A DNA stretch of 64,000 bases from an uncultured delta proteobacterium. GTDB taxonomy: Bacteria > Myxococcota_A > Polyangia > Haliangiales > Haliangiaceae. The notes below the pieces were generated by a model. That model saw nothing but the letters and a program-made list of their open reading frames with translations. It was not told the origin of the DNA and made no database searches. Shown piece after piece: positions 22,611 through 39,582 of this stretch. The DNA is taken from NCBI GenBank assembly GCA_963743525.1, contig CAVUQH010000005.1, positions 32,001 to 96,000 on the forward strand, written 5' to 3'. Position numbers and translations under genes: made by a program. Every line of letters begins with the position of its first letter. The first letter of the stretch is position 1.

Positions 22611-22955
22611 ATGCGAGCACCACAGAACATCATCAAGCGCCCGCTGCTCACCGAGAAGAGCACCCGCCTGCGCGAGACCGGCGGCGGCCAGGAGTACTGG
22701 GCGGACACCGAAGCCGAGGACGGCGGCGGTGTGGCGCAGAAGATCGTCTTCGAGGTCGCCACGGATGCCAACAAGATCGAGATCCGCAACGCGGTCCAGG
22801 TCCTGTTCAACGTCCACGTGACCGACGTCCACACTCTAGTCGTTCGCGGCAAGGAGAAGCGGGTGGGCCGCTTCACCGGCCGCCGGCCGACGACCAAGAA
22901 GGCGGTGGTGACGCTCAAGCCGGGCGACACCATCGAGTTCTTCGAGGGAGTCTGA
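22611..22955 (+). CDS. rplW: 50S ribosomal protein L23 (with acidic insertion)
   Basis: [11 protein letters not shown]...[16 protein letters not shown]...KKAVVTL. Confidence 0.96.
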   Translation: MRAPQNIIKRPLLTEKSTRLRETGGGQEYWADTEAEDGGGVAQKIVFEVATDANKIEIRNAVQVLFNVHVTDVHTLVVRGKEKRVGRFTGRRPTTKKAVVTLKPGDTIEFFEGV

Positions 22956-22959
22956 TCCC

Positions 22960-23787
22960 ATGGCGATTCGCAAGTACAGACCAACGTCCGCAGGTCGGCG
23001 CGGCATGTCCAGCCAGGACTTCTCGCCGGTCACCAAGTCGAAGCCCGAGAAGGGCCTGCTCGAGAAGAAGAGCTCGAGCGGCGGCCGCAACAACTACGGC
23101 CGCACCACCTCGCGCTTTCGCGGCGGCGGCCACAAGCGGCGCTACCGCAAGATCGACTTCAAGCGCAACAAGAAGGGCGTGCCGGCCACGGTCAAGGCGG
23201 TCGAGTACGATCCCAACCGCTCGGCGCACATCGCGTTGCTCAGCTACGCCGACGGCGACAAGGCCTACATCCTGGCTCCCCAGGGGCTGAATGTCGGCGA
23301 CCAGGTGATCTCGGCCAAGTCGGCCGACATCAAGCCCGGTAACTGCCTGCCGCTGCGCAACATGCCGACCGGCACCAACATCCACTGCGTCGAGCTCAAG
23401 ATCGGCGCCGGTGGCCAGCTCGGCCGCTCGGCGGGCGTCAGCATCACGCTGATGGCCAAGGACGGCAACTGGGCGACCCTGCGCATGCCCTCGGGCGAGA
23501 TGCGCAAGGTCCACATCGACTGCCACGCCACCGTGGGCGTCGTCGGCAACTCGGACCACTCGAACGTGGACTGGGGCAAGGCCGGCCGCACTCGGTGGAA
23601 GGGTCGCCGCCCGCACGTTCGCGGCGTGGCCATGAACCCGGTCGATCACCCGATGGGTGGTGGCGAGGGCCGGTCGTCGGGCGGGCGCCATCCGTGCACC
23701 CCCTGGGGCCAGCCGACCAAGGGCTACCGCACCCGCAACAACAAGTTGACGGACAAGCTCATCGTCCGCCGCCGCGGCAAGAAGTAG
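22960..23787 (+). CDS. rplB: 50S ribosomal protein L2
   Basis: [30 protein letters not shown]. Confidence 0.99.
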   Translation: MAIRKYRPTSAGRRGMSSQDFSPVTKSKPEKGLLEKKSSSGGRNNYGRTTSRFRGGGHKRRYRKIDFKRNKKGVPATVKAVEYDPNRSAHIALLSYADGDKAYILAPQGLNVGDQVISAKSADIKPGNCLPLRNMPTGTNIHCVELKIGAGGQLGRSAGVSITLMAKDGNWATLRMPSGEMRKVHIDCHATVGVVGNSDHSNVDWGKAGRTRWKGRRPHVRGVAMNPVDHPMGGGEGRSSGGRHPCTPWGQPTKGYRTRNNKLTDKLIVRRRGKK

Positions 23788-23804
23788 CCGGAAGGAGCGA
23801 GACC

Positions 23805-24074
23805 GTGCCCCGCAGCATCAAGAAAGGCCCGTTCATCGACGACCACCTCATGAAGAAGGTGACGTCGGCGCAGACGCAGACCAAGAAGCCGGTCATCAAG
23901 ACCTGGTCGCGGCGCTCGACGATCCTTCCGGAGATGGTCGGCCTGACCTTCGCGGTCCACAACGGCAAGAAGTTCATCCCGGTGTTCATCACCGAGAACA
24001 TGGTCGGTCACAAGCTCGGTGAGTTCTCGCCGACCCGCACCTTCCACGGCCACTCGGGCGACCGGAAGTCCTAG
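23805..24074 (+). CDS. rpsS: 30S ribosomal protein S19
   Basis: GTG start after [36 protein letters not shown]. Confidence 0.98.
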   Translation: MPRSIKKGPFIDDHLMKKVTSAQTQTKKPVIKTWSRRSTILPEMVGLTFAVHNGKKFIPVFITENMVGHKLGEFSPTRTFHGHSGDRKS

Positions 24075-24085
24075 GGATAAGCGCC

Positions 24086-24427
24086 ATGCAAGCGAGAGCA
24101 ATCGTCAGAGATATCTCTATGAGCCCGCGCAAGATGCGGGTGGTGGCGAACCTCGTCCGCGGCGAGCGCGTCGAGACCGCGCTGGCATCGCTGAAGTTCA
24201 TGCCCAAGAAGGCCGCGTACTTCATCGCCAAGGCGGTCGAGTCGGCGGCGGCCAACGCCGAGGACAAGTCGGGTGGCGAAGTCGACATGGAAGAGCTGCG
24301 CATCGCGCTCATCACGGTCGACGGCGGCCCCATCATCAAGCGGTGGATGCCGCGCGCCATGGGCCGCGCCAACCGCGTCAACCACCGCACCAGCCACCTG
24401 ACGGTGGTCGTCAGCGACGAGGACTAG
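24086..24427 (+). CDS. rplV: 50S ribosomal protein L22
   Basis: [21 protein letters not shown]...RTSHLTVVV. Confidence 0.98.
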   Translation: MQARAIVRDISMSPRKMRVVANLVRGERVETALASLKFMPKKAAYFIAKAVESAAANAEDKSGGEVDMEELRIALITVDGGPIIKRWMPRAMGRANRVNHRTSHLTVVVSDED

Positions 24428-24431
24428 AGCA

Positions 24432-25097
<666 letters not shown>

Positions 25098-25103
25098 CCA
25101 GTC

Positions 25104-25520
25104 ATGTTGCAGCCCAAACGAACGAAGTACCGCAAGCAGATGAAGGGCCGCATGCGCGGCCACGCCAAGGGCGGCAACGAGGTCTCCTTCGGCGACTTCG
25201 GCCTGCAGGCGCTCGCGCCCGGCTACATCACCGCGCGGCAGATCGAGGCGGCTCGTGTCGCCATCACCCGCTCGGTGAAGAAGGTCGGCAAGGTCTACAT
25301 CCGCATCTTCCCGGACAAGCCGATCACCAAGAAGCCCGCCGAAACCCGCATGGGTAAGGGCAAGGGCGGCAACGAGGGCTTCGTTGCCGTGATCAAGCCC
25401 GGCCGGGTGATGTTCGAGCTCGAGGGCGTGCCCGAGGAGCTCGCCCGCAAGGCGTTCCTCAACGCCCACCACAAGCTGCCGCTGAAGACGCAGATGATCT
25501 CCCGGGAGTCGGCGCTATGA
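25104..25520 (+). CDS. rplP: 50S ribosomal protein L16
   Basis: [20 protein letters not shown]. Confidence 0.99.
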   Translation: MLQPKRTKYRKQMKGRMRGHAKGGNEVSFGDFGLQALAPGYITARQIEAARVAITRSVKKVGKVYIRIFPDKPITKKPAETRMGKGKGGNEGFVAVIKPGRVMFELEGVPEELARKAFLNAHHKLPLKTQMISRESAL

Positions 25521-25774
25521 GCAAGTCGAAAACCGAACTCGAGCGGATCCGCGACCTGCCCGACGAAGAGCTCACCCAGGCGCTCGACCGCGCCCGTGAC
25601 GAGCTGTTCCGTCTGCGGCTCGGACTGCACACCAACCAGGTCGAGAACCCGATCGCGGTGCGCGCCAAGCGGCGCGAGATCGCCCGGATCCAGACCATCA
25701 TGAAGGCTCGCAAGCTCGGTTTCGAGCAGCAGGCTCAGGGGTCGGCGGCGGCTGCCGACCGAGTCGCCGAATAG
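25517..25774 (+). CDS. rpmC: 50S ribosomal protein L29
   Basis: ELFRLR...RREIARIQT; position between rplP and rpsQ. Confidence 0.95.
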   Translation: MSKSKTELERIRDLPDEELTQALDRARDELFRLRLGLHTNQVENPIAVRAKRREIARIQTIMKARKLGFEQQAQGSAAAADRVAE

Positions 25775-25798
25775 TGAGAGCGAAAGGAAGCGTGAGTC

Positions 25799-26101
25799 GT
25801 GTCCGATAACGCCACCCAGAACGCCGAAGCTGCGAACGAGCGCGGTACCCGCCGCACGATCGCCGGCATCGTGACGTCCGACAAGATGGACAAGACCGTG
25901 GTGGTCACGGTGACGCGTCGCGTGCGCGACCGCCGGTTCCACAAGTTCGTGACCCGCCGCCTGAAGTACAAGGCCCACGACGAGGGCAACACCTGCGAGC
26001 TCGGTGACTCGGTCGAGCTCGTCGAGGCGCGCCCCTACTCGAAGACCAAGCGCTGGCGCGTGTCCCGCATCCTCGAGAAGGGCAGGGAGAAGCTGTCATG
26101 A
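25799..26101 (+). CDS. rpsQ: 30S ribosomal protein S17
   Basis: [30 protein letters not shown]. Confidence 0.98.
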   Translation: MSDNATQNAEAANERGTRRTIAGIVTSDKMDKTVVVTVTRRVRDRRFHKFVTRRLKYKAHDEGNTCELGDSVELVEARPYSKTKRWRVSRILEKGREKLS

Positions 26102-26466
26102 TCCAGATGTCCACGGTCTTGGACGTCGCCGACAACAGCGGCGCCAAGAAGGTCTACTGCATCAAGGTGCTCGGTGGGTCCAAGCGCCGGTATGCCGCGG
26201 TCGGCGACATCATCGTGGTGTCGATCCGCGAGGCCATCCCCAACTCCAAGGTCAAGAAGGGTGACGTCCACCGGGCGGTGGTCGTGCGGACTGCCAAGCA
26301 GGTCGCGCGCCCCGACGGCAGCCTCATCCGCTTCGACGGCAACTCCGCCGTCCTCATCAACAAAGAGAACGAGCCGATCGGAACCCGCATCTTTGGGCCC
26401 GTGGCCCGTGAGCTGCGCGCCAAGCGGTTCATGAAGATCGTCTCGCTCGCTCCGGAGGTGCTGTGA
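26098..26466 (+). CDS. rplN: 50S ribosomal protein L14
   Basis: [27 protein letters not shown]. Confidence 0.99.
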   Translation: MIQMSTVLDVADNSGAKKVYCIKVLGGSKRRYAAVGDIIVVSIREAIPNSKVKKGDVHRAVVVRTAKQVARPDGSLIRFDGNSAVLINKENEPIGTRIFGPVARELRAKRFMKIVSLAPEVL

Positions 26467-26786
26467 TGCACGTTCGTCGCGGAGATACCGTCGTGGTCAC
26501 CAAGGGCCGCGACAAGGGTAAGCGCGGCAAGGTGAAGCGCGTGCTGACCAACGGCCGTATCGAGGTCGAGAAGGTCAACATGGTCAAGCGTCACCTGCGG
26601 CCGACGCAGAAGAACCCGCAGGGCGGGATCCAGGACATCGAAGGCACGATCGCGGGCGCCAACGTGGCCTTGTGGTGCGAGAAGTGCACCGCGGCGCGCC
26701 GGACCAAAGTGGTCTACGACGACAAGGGCCTCAAGGGGCGCGCGTGCGTCAAGTGCGGGACCGCCTTCCCCGCGCAGGGGATGTAG
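26466..26786 (+). CDS. rplX: 50S ribosomal protein L24
   Basis: [25 protein letters not shown]...CVKC. Confidence 0.96.
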   Translation: MHVRRGDTVVVTKGRDKGKRGKVKRVLTNGRIEVEKVNMVKRHLRPTQKNPQGGIQDIEGTIAGANVALWCEKCTAARRTKVVYDDKGLKGRACVKCGTAFPAQGM

Positions 26787-26794
26787 GAGCTGTC

Positions 26795-27459
<665 letters not shown>

Positions 27460-27463
<4 letters not shown>

Positions 27464-27639
27464 GTCGTTTGGCAAAGATGCTTCCCAAGAAGCACAAATT
27501 CAACGTGCGCAAGCACAACCGCTGCCCTGTCTGCGGTCGTCCGCGTGCGTACATGCGCAAGTTCGACATGTGTCGCCTGTGCTTCCGTAACCTGGCGCTG
27601 AACGGCGAGATCCCCGGCGTCATCAAGTCGAGCTGGTGA
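27460..27639 (+). CDS. rpsN: 30S ribosomal protein S14 (zinc-binding type Z)
   Basis: [10 protein letters not shown]...MCRLCFR...[11 protein letters not shown]. Confidence 0.97.
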
Positions 27640-27652
27640 GAGGTAAAGCGTC

Positions 27653-28055
27653 ATGTCGATGACCGATCCCATCGCCGATTTCCTGACCCGCATCCGCAAC
27701 GGTATCCGCGCTCGCAAGAGCGAGGTCGCTTGCCCGCGGTCGAATCTGAAGCTTCGCATCGCCGAGATCCTCCAGCAGGAGGGCTACATCGACGGTGTGT
27801 CCAAAGCGGAAGGCGCCGCGCATCAGGGCGTCATCCACGTCACCCTGCGCTGGCGGGAAGACAACCAGTGCGCCATCACCGGCCTGCAGCGGGCGTCCAA
27901 GCCCGGTCAGCGCCTGTACGTCGGCGCCAAGGAGGTGCCCAAGGTCCGCAACGGCCTGGGTGTCGCCATCGTGTTCGACCTCCCGTGGCGTGATGACCGA
28001 CCGCGAGGCCCGCAAGTTGGGCGTCGGCGGCGAGGTCCTCTGCAAGGTCTGGTAG
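27653..28055 (+). CDS. rpsH: 30S ribosomal protein S8, apparent +1 frameshift at about 27974 (probable sequencing error)
   Basis: [14 protein letters not shown]...GLGVAIV in one frame, [26 protein letters not shown] in the +1 frame; deleting one T from GTTCGAC restores the gene. Confidence 0.95.
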
Positions 28056-28061
28056 GTAGTC

Positions 28062-28595
<534 letters not shown>

Positions 28596-28620
28596 GCCGG
28601 TCACAACTCGGAGCGTTCCC

Positions 28621-29001
<381 letters not shown>

Positions 29002-29005
29002 GGCA

Positions 29006-29506
<501 letters not shown>

Positions 29507-29524
29507 GGCAACGGGAGACGAGCC

Positions 29525-29710
29525 ATGGCACTCAAGCTCAGAGTCACGCAGGTCAAGAGCGGGATCAGTCGTCCCCAGACCCAGCGCCTCACGTTGAAGG
29601 GGCTGGGCCTCACGCGGCTGCACAAGCCCGTGATTCTCAAGGACACTCCTGCGATCCGCGGAATGATCCGCAAGGTCGGCCACCTGGTGAAGGTCGAGCC
29701 GGTCGAGTAA
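29525..29710 (+). CDS. rpmD: 50S ribosomal protein L30
   Basis: VTQVKSGI...[16 protein letters not shown]. Confidence 0.97.
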   Translation: MALKLRVTQVKSGISRPQTQRLTLKGLGLTRLHKPVILKDTPAIRGMIRKVGHLVKVEPVE

Positions 29711-29759
29711 GCTCCCGGTCCGCCCAAGAACACACGATCGGTATCGAGAGGACGTAGCA

Positions 29760-30233
29760 ATGGGTACGACACTGTCAACGCTGGCTCCGAACAAGGGCGC
29801 GACCCGCAAGCGCAAGCGCATCGGTCGCGGCCCGGGCAGCGGCTATGGCAAGACCGCGGGCAAGGGTCAGAAGGGCCAGAAGGCCCGCGCCGGACACCAC
29901 GGCTCCAAGGTCGGCTTCGAGGGCGGCCAGATGCCAATGCAGCGGCGCCTGCCGAAGCGTGGCTTCGCCAACCCGTTCCGGGTCGAGGCCGCGCCGATCA
30001 ATGTCGCCGCGCTGGAGAAGTTCGACGGCGAGGTCGATGTCGCCGCGCTGAAGGCCGCGGGCGTGGTTCCGCGCAAGGCCAAGGTCGTCAAGGTCCTGGG
30101 CCAGGGCAACCTGACCAAGAAGCTGACCGTTCGTGCGCACCGCTTCTCCAAGAGCGCGCGCGAGAAGATCGAGGCCGCCGGCGGTACCGTCGAGGTCATC
30201 GCAGTCAAGACGTCCGCCGCGGCCGAAGCGTAG
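29760..30233 (+). CDS. rplO: 50S ribosomal protein L15
   Basis: [31 protein letters not shown]. Confidence 0.98.
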   Translation: MGTTLSTLAPNKGATRKRKRIGRGPGSGYGKTAGKGQKGQKARAGHHGSKVGFEGGQMPMQRRLPKRGFANPFRVEAAPINVAALEKFDGEVDVAALKAAGVVPRKAKVVKVLGQGNLTKKLTVRAHRFSKSAREKIEAAGGTVEVIAVKTSAAAEA

Positions 30234-30302
30234 TCGCTTCGGACGTGGTCCCGCGAGCCCGACCCCCACGGCGCCAAAGAATCACGCGCGAAGGACGTTA
30301 GC

Positions 30303-31643
<1,341 letters not shown>

Positions 31644-31668
31644 TGCGGCGCGGGCTCGCCCGGGCGCG

Positions 31669-32461
31669 ATGAGGATCCGCTACAAGTCTCGTGACGAGAT
31701 CCGGCTCATGCGCGAGGCCTCCCTCGTGGTCGCCGAGATCCTCGATACGCTGTGCGAGGCCGTGGCCCCGGGGATGTTCAACCTGGGACCTGGACCAGAT
31801 CGCACGCGCCGAGATCAAGCGGACCGAGGTCAAGAGCGCCTTCCTCGGTTACTACGACTACCCGGCCGTGGTCTGCACCTCGATCAACGAGGTCGTCGTC
31901 CACGGCATCCCGCGCAAGGACGTGGTGATGGAGGCGGGGGACCTGATCTCGATCGACTTCGGGGTCTTCAAGCACGGCTTCTGCGGCGACTCGGCCCGGA
32001 CCGTGCCGGTCGGCCCGCTGTCGGGGCTGAGCGAGGAGCGACAGAAGTTGATCGAGGTGACCCGGGATGCCCTGCAGCTGGGCATCGAGCAGTGTCAGCC
32101 GGGAAACCGCCTCGAGGACATCGGCCACGCCGTCCAGACCCATGTGGAAGCCAATGGATTCTCGGTAGTTACGAGCTTCGTGGGCCACGGAATCGGCCGC
32201 GCGATGCACGAGGAGCCGGCAGTCCCCAATCACGGCAGTCCGAACCGCGGAAAGCGCCTGAAATCCGGGCTTGTGATCGCGGTGGAACCTATGGTAAACG
32301 CCGGGACCCACGAAGTTCAGGTCCTGGAAGACAAGTGGACGGCGGTCACCAAAGACCGCAGAAACTCAGCGCATTTCGAACACACAATTGCCATCACCGA
32401 CGACGGTCCCTGGGTTCTCAGCCGTCCGTCGTCCTCGCCCGGTCAGTCCGGTCGCGATTAG
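31669..32461 (+). CDS. map: Type I methionine aminopeptidase, apparent +1 frameshift at about 31777 (probable sequencing error)
   Basis: [18 protein letters not shown]...PGM then TWDLD...[35 protein letters not shown] in the +1 frame. Confidence 0.93.
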
Positions 32462-32482
32462 GTGATGCAAAGCGGGTCCGTC

Positions 32483-32596
32483 ATGAAAGTCAGAGCATCA
32501 GTCAAACCGATTTGTCCCAAGTGCAAGATCATCAAGCGCAAGGGTGTTGTGCGCGTGATCTGCGAGAACCCGCGCCACAAGCAGCGCCAGGGCTAG
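32483..32596 (+). CDS. rpmJ: 50S ribosomal protein L36
   Basis: Read directly (below ORF-track cut-off): [37 protein letters not shown]. Confidence 0.98.
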   Translation: MKVRASVKPICPKCKIIKRKGVVRVICENPRHKQRQG

Positions 32597-32639
32597 CCCG
32601 AAGGCGCCGCCCAGAAGGTTAGAGAGAGAGACAGTCAAC

Positions 32640-33023
32640 ATGGCACGCATCGCTGGCGTAGACCTTCCCCGCTCGAAGCCGATCGGCATCGCGCTCACCT
32701 ACATTTATGGCATCGGCCGGACCATGTCCAAGCGGGTGCTCGACGAGGCCGGCGTCTCCGCGGACAAGCGGACCGAGGCGTTGGACGAGAACGACGTCCG
32801 CCGGATTCGCGACGTCATCGAGCAGAAGGTCAAGGTCGAAGGTGACCTGCGCCGCGAGATCTCGATGAACATCAAGCGGCTGATGGACCTCGGTTGCTAC
32901 CGCGGTCTTCGCCACCGGCGCAATCTGCCGGCGCGCGGCCAGCGCACCCACACCAACGCGCGTACGCGCAAGGGCCCGCGGCGCCAGGCCGTGAAGAAGA
33001 AGAGCGTTGGCGGCAAGAAGTAG
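32640..33023 (+). CDS. rpsM: 30S ribosomal protein S13
   Basis: [32 protein letters not shown]. Confidence 0.99.
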   Translation: MARIAGVDLPRSKPIGIALTYIYGIGRTMSKRVLDEAGVSADKRTEALDENDVRRIRDVIEQKVKVEGDLRREISMNIKRLMDLGCYRGLRHRRNLPARGQRTHTNARTRKGPRRQAVKKKSVGGKK

Positions 33024-33060
33024 CCGCGTCCGCGACTAGCGCCGAAGACAGGAAGCAGCC

Positions 33061-33450
<390 letters not shown>

Positions 33451-33464
33451 TCGAGGGTTATCCA

Positions 33465-34094
<630 letters not shown>

Positions 34095-34138
34095 CCCTCA
34101 CTACCTTCTCCAGCGCAAGCAACCCCAGAGGGATCTGA

Positions 34139-35173
<1,035 letters not shown>

Positions 35174-35185
35174 CGGAGAATCGCC

Positions 35186-35599
35186 ATGCGTCATCGCAAA
35201 GTTGGACGAAAGCTCGGTCGCAAGTCGCCGCACCGCCAGGCCATGTACTCGAACATGGTGGCGTCGCTGGTGTCGCACGGCCGCATCGAGACCACCGAGG
35301 CCAAGGCCAAGGAGCTGCGCAAGATCGCCGACCGCACCATCAATTGGGGCGTCAAGGTGACCGATCTCCTGGCCAAGGACGCCAAGCAGCTGAACGGCGA
35401 GGAGCGGGCCAAGCTGGTCCACGCCCGCCGCATGGCCGGCCGGGTCATCAAGGACGCCGACGCCCTGAAGAAGCTGTTCGACGAGGTCGCTCCGGCGCTC
35501 CAGGGGCGGGCTGGTGGTTACACCCGCCTGCTCAAGACCCGCGTGCGGCGCGGCGACGCGGCGCCGATGGCCTTCGTCGAGCTCGTGGCAGAAGCGTAA
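35186..35599 (+). CDS. rplQ: 50S ribosomal protein L17
   Basis: [29 protein letters not shown]...RRGDAAPM. Confidence 0.98.
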   Translation: MRHRKVGRKLGRKSPHRQAMYSNMVASLVSHGRIETTEAKAKELRKIADRTINWGVKVTDLLAKDAKQLNGEERAKLVHARRMAGRVIKDADALKKLFDEVAPALQGRAGGYTRLLKTRVRRGDAAPMAFVELVAEA

Positions 35600-35650
35600 G
35601 CTGCGAATCTCGCAGTTCTGACACGCTCTTCCACTAACTCTCTGTGTGAC

Positions 35651-35678
35651 GCCCGCCGCATCGGCGGGCTTTTCATTT
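35651..35678 (+). terminator. Intrinsic terminator ending the ribosomal operon
   Basis: GCCCGCCG-cat-CGGCGGGC-TTTTcaTTT. Confidence 0.85.
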
Positions 35679-35697
35679 GTGGTCAAAGGAGACCCTC

Positions 35698-37209
35698 ATG
35701 GGCACCGTCCGCACCATCTCCATCGTCCTTTCTCTCGCCATGCTGGCGCCGCTCGGCGGCTGCCGCAGCAAGAACAACAACAACGGCGCCGACGGCGGCG
35801 GTGGTAACGGCGACGGTGGCGGCGGCGGCGACGACACCAAGATCCAGGACATTCAGAACGACAACATGCCGGTCGGCACGCTGGTCACGGTGCGCGGCGT
35901 GGTCGTCACCGCCATCGACACCTACGGCGGGCGCACCGGCTCGGTCTACGTCGAGGAGCCCGAGGGTGGCGCCTACTCGGGCGTCCAGGTCTTCCTCACC
36001 GGCACCGGGGCCGCCAGCCTGGCCGTTGGCGACCTGGTCAACGTCGAGGGCGCCCAGAAGGACGAGTTCGCGCTGTCGAGCGACACCAGTGGCCGCACCC
36101 TGACCGAGCTCGACGCGCCACAGGGCGGCACCGTCACCGTCACCAAGGTCGGCACCGGCACCGTCCCCAATCCCGAGGTCCTCATCCCCTGGGATCTGTA
36201 CAACGACGACGCCGAGGCCGAGAAGTGGGAGGGCGTCCTCATCCGCTTCGACGACGTCGCCGTCACCTCTGCTCCGTACAACGCGACCCAGACCGACCCG
36301 CTGCTCATGGACATGACCGTCACCGGTCCGTACATCGTCGAGTCGGCCCTCGCCGACATCGGCACCCCGGCCCGCGACGACTGCTACGCCTCCATCACCG
36401 GCATCGGTGACTACTTCTTCGACTACAAGCTCCTGCCGCGCAGCGCGGCCGACCTGTCCACCGGCGGCACCAACTGCCTGCCGCAGGAAGAGGGCGACAC
36501 CGACTGCGCCGACACCATGGACAACGACCACGACGGCTACACCGACTGCGCCGACATCTCCTGCCAGGACACGGTCCCGTCGTGCACGACGGATACGACC
36601 ATCGTGGACATCCAGAACGGGACGGTCGCCTCGGGCAGCGCGGTCAAGCTGACCGGCGTGGTCGTCACCGGGGTCGACAAGAACCGGAAGAACCTGTGGG
36701 TCGCTGACGCAATCCAGGCGGCGCAGTACAACGGCATCTACGTGTTCAACGGCTTCGGCTCGAGCACGCCGGACCTGGCCGCGCAGGTGACCGTCGGCGC
36801 CAAGGTCAACATCCAGGGGCGCGTGTCGACCTACAAGGGCCTGCACGAGATCTCGAACGCGACCATCACGGTGAGCCCGCCGCCGGCCGGTGCGCCGACC
36901 GCATTGTCCGGCGTGGCGTACACCGACCTGGCGGTGGAGGCGAACAACGCCCCGTACGAGGGCGTGCTGGTCCAGAGCACCGCCGCATTGTCGGTCACCG
37001 CGGACCTCGGTTTCGGCAAGTACTCCGTGACCGACGGGACCAACACCATGGTGATCGACAGCGAGATCTTCGGCGCCACGCTCACGGCCGGCGATTGCCT
37101 CAGCTCGATTACCGGCATCATCCACCACGCCGACGACGGTACCGGCACCTACGTGCCGTCCATCGAGCCGTCGGTGCAGGGCGACCTGGTCAGCACGACC
37201 TGCCCGTAG
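35698..37209 (+). CDS. Lipoprotein with duplicated OB-fold-like modules
   Basis: Lipobox LGGC, N/G-rich linker, two repeats (TKIQDIQ..VTVRGVVVTA / TTIVDIQ..VKLTGVVVTG; EGVL; SITGI) joined by CADTMDNDHDGYTDCADISC. Confidence 0.75.
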   Translation: MGTVRTISIVLSLAMLAPLGGCRSKNNNNGADGGGGNGDGGGGGDDTKIQDIQNDNMPVGTLVTVRGVVVTAIDTYGGRTGSVYVEEPEGGAYSGVQVFLTGTGAASLAVGDLVNVEGAQKDEFALSSDTSGRTLTELDAPQGGTVTVTKVGTGTVPNPEVLIPWDLYNDDAEAEKWEGVLIRFDDVAVTSAPYNATQTDPLLMDMTVTGPYIVESALADIGTPARDDCYASITGIGDYFFDYKLLPRSAADLSTGGTNCLPQEEGDTDCADTMDNDHDGYTDCADISCQDTVPSCTTDTTIVDIQNGTVASGSAVKLTGVVVTGVDKNRKNLWVADAIQAAQYNGIYVFNGFGSSTPDLAAQVTVGAKVNIQGRVSTYKGLHEISNATITVSPPPAGAPTALSGVAYTDLAVEANNAPYEGVLVQSTAALSVTADLGFGKYSVTDGTNTMVIDSEIFGATLTAGDCLSSITGIIHHADDGTGTYVPSIEPSVQGDLVSTTCP

Positions 37210-37218
37210 GCGCGGCCC

Positions 37219-38564
37219 CTAGCGGAACGTCGCGGTCATCAGCGCGACGTTGTAGGGGATCCACGTGAACATCATGAAGTGGATATCGAAGCTGCCGTCG
37301 GCGTGGACGGTGGCTTCGGGCAGCATGTACGTGCCGTAGAAGCCGGCGTGGTCGCACTCGAACAGGCGACCGCCGGAGCAGTCGGTGCCGTTGCAGCAGT
37401 ACTGGGCGGCAAAGGCCGGGTCGCTCATGGTGGCGACGGTGACGGGGGCGCTCCAGGGGCCCTCGGGGGCCTCGGCGAAGCGGGCCGCGATGCGGTTGCC
37501 GGCGCTGGCCTCCTGGTCGAGCATGACGTAGCGGCCGACGGACGCGAAGTAGCGGACCGACAGCTCGCCTTCGTGGGGCTCGGTGACGATGGGCGCGGCG
37601 GGGGCGTTGGCGGCCACCCAGCTGCCGGTGGCGGCGTCGTAGCTGTCGAAGCCGCCCGGGGTGACCAGGTCGGCGAGGCGCTTGCGGGCCAGGTGGACGG
37701 GGCTGGCACGGTAGGCGCCGGTGCCGTAGAGGTAGAGGTAGTCGCCGTCGACGAGGGCGGCGATGTTGATGAAGTCGCCGCGCAGGGGGCCGCTGGCGTC
37801 GAAGCGCTCGTCGAACGTGATAGAGGATGTCGTAGTTGGGCAGGCCGCTGGTCGAACGGCGCGCCCCAGCGAGCCAGATAGGAGCCGCGCATCTCGAACG
37901 GGTCGAGATTGACGGTGGTGTAGAAGAGGTAGATCGAGCCGCCCCAGGAGAAGGCGCCGGACGGGACCTCGAAGTCACCGGGCAGGTTGGGGAACAGGTT
38001 CTGCCCGCGCGGCCCCGATGGGTTGTGGATGAACTCGCCGATCGGGTGACCGGCCGGCGGGGTCATGTATCCGCCGGCGAAGTCGGCGTCGGCGCTGCCG
38101 CTGCCGCCGCCGGTGACGAGGAAGCGGAGCTGGCTGCACAGCTGGGTCGGGTCGGCGGCGACGGCGGAGTAGGGGACCGCGGAGTAGCCGACGGCGTCGG
38201 GCAGCGACTCGGGGCCGAGCGGCCAGATGACCTGGGCGCCGGCGGAGTCGCCGAAGAAGAAGAACAGGTCGTCGCCGTGGCGGACCGGGATGCCCAGGTC
38301 GGTGCCGCGCAGGTTGGCCCGCTGGTGGGTGTCGTTGGCCGTCGGGTCGTCGATGTTGGCGTCGCTGATCAGCTTGCAGCGGAGTGCCAGCGCCTCGAGT
38401 GACGGCACGTAGCCGGGCGGCAGCAGGCCGGCGTCGCCGGTGGCCGGGGCGTCGCCGGCGGGCGCGGCGTCGGTGCGCGGGCCGGAGGCGTCGCCGTCGG
38501 CGGAAGCGCGCTGGCCGGAGCAGGCGGCGAGCAAGGCGGTCAGGAGAACCAGGGTTCGCGGCAT
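37219..38564 (-). CDS. DUF4185 (GH183-like) lipoprotein with two apparent +1 frameshifts (about 37855 and 37814)
   Basis: Lipobox LLAAC; GTDLG...FFFFGDS motif; continuous protein across three frames (WGAP|STSGLPNYDILYHV|DERFDASG...GELSVRY...GPWS...YG.Y...YNV). Confidence 0.7.
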
Positions 38565-38695
38565 CGCTCTCCAGCGGCAGCAAGGGGCGTGCCGGGGCGG
38601 GACCGCCCGCCGGGGCGCGTGTCGAGCCGCTGCGTCCGCGGAGGTGCCCCGGGTGCAACCGGCCGTGTGCAACGGCTGGGGCGCCTTGGCGCGGG

Positions 38696-39538
38696 CTACA
38701 GGCCGTTGAGGGCCCGCACGGCCTCGAACAGGTCACCGACCGAGTAGAAGTCGACGGTCACGAAGTTGGGCAGCGAGCCGGAGGCGGTCTGGCAGTCGCG
38801 CGCGGTGTCGAGGAGGAACGGGTCGGCGTTGGTGACGTCGGCCTCCTCGGGCACGGGGCGGGTGCGGGTGAGGAAGTGGTTGAGGATGAACAGCGGGTTG
38901 TTCGCGTCGCCGCGGCCCAGGTCGCAGGAGAAGTCGGTGGTCTCGCGGGCGGCGTACGGGTTGTCCCAGGCGTGCGCCCAGACATCCATGTACCAGTCGT
39001 AGGCGCCGCCGCCGTCGTCGTCGGTGAAGACCACCAGGCGCTCGTCGGCGTCGATCAGCTCGCGCAGGGTCGGCCACGGCGTGCCCGGCTGCTGGACGTG
39101 GACGTACTGGTCCGCACCGCTGGCGGCAAACGCGGCGGCGGTGTCGTCGGCGGTGACGTACGACTCGAAGATGATGGTCACCACCTCGCCGCGGTTCTCG
39201 TCGAGGAAGCGGCGGATGTCGGTCAAGCCGTCGACCAGTGGCTCGTTGCCCAGCTGGCACAGGTTGTGGCAGAGGTACGGCTCGCCGTCCCACGGGTGGG
39301 TGTCGAGCATCAGCCCGCGCACGCCGTCGGCCAGCTGGCGGGGGATGCCGAAATACTGATTGGGGATCGACCAGCCGTCCTCCTGGTTGGACATGGCGTT
39401 GTGGGTCGTCGGGTAGACCACCTGATCGTAGCGGCGCGCGCACAGCTCCACGGCTCCGTTGCAGGTGTCCGGCACCGGCACCGGCTCGCTGCTGCACGCC
39501 GCCAGCGCGACGCACAGGACCCAGGCGAAGCGGCCCAT
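38696..39538 (-). CDS. PI-PLC X-domain-like phosphodiesterase lipoprotein
   Basis: Lipobox LAAC; THNA..NQ...QLADGVRGLMLD..YLCH..EVVTIIFE..PNFVTVDF. Confidence 0.8.
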   Translation of the reverse strand: MGRFAWVLCVALAACSSEPVPVPDTCNGAVELCARRYDQVVYPTTHNAMSNQEDGWSIPNQYFGIPRQLADGVRGLMLDTHPWDGEPYLCHNLCQLGNEPLVDGLTDIRRFLDENRGEVVTIIFESYVTADDTAAAFAASGADQYVHVQQPGTPWPTLRELIDADERLVVFTDDDGGGAYDWYMDVWAHAWDNPYAARETTDFSCDLGRGDANNPLFILNHFLTRTRPVPEEADVTNADPFLLDTARDCQTASGSLPNFVTVDFYSVGDLFEAVRALNGL

Positions 39539-39582
39539 CGGCGCAGCGTATCACCCCGGAGCTGCGTGCTACAGTCCCGCCG

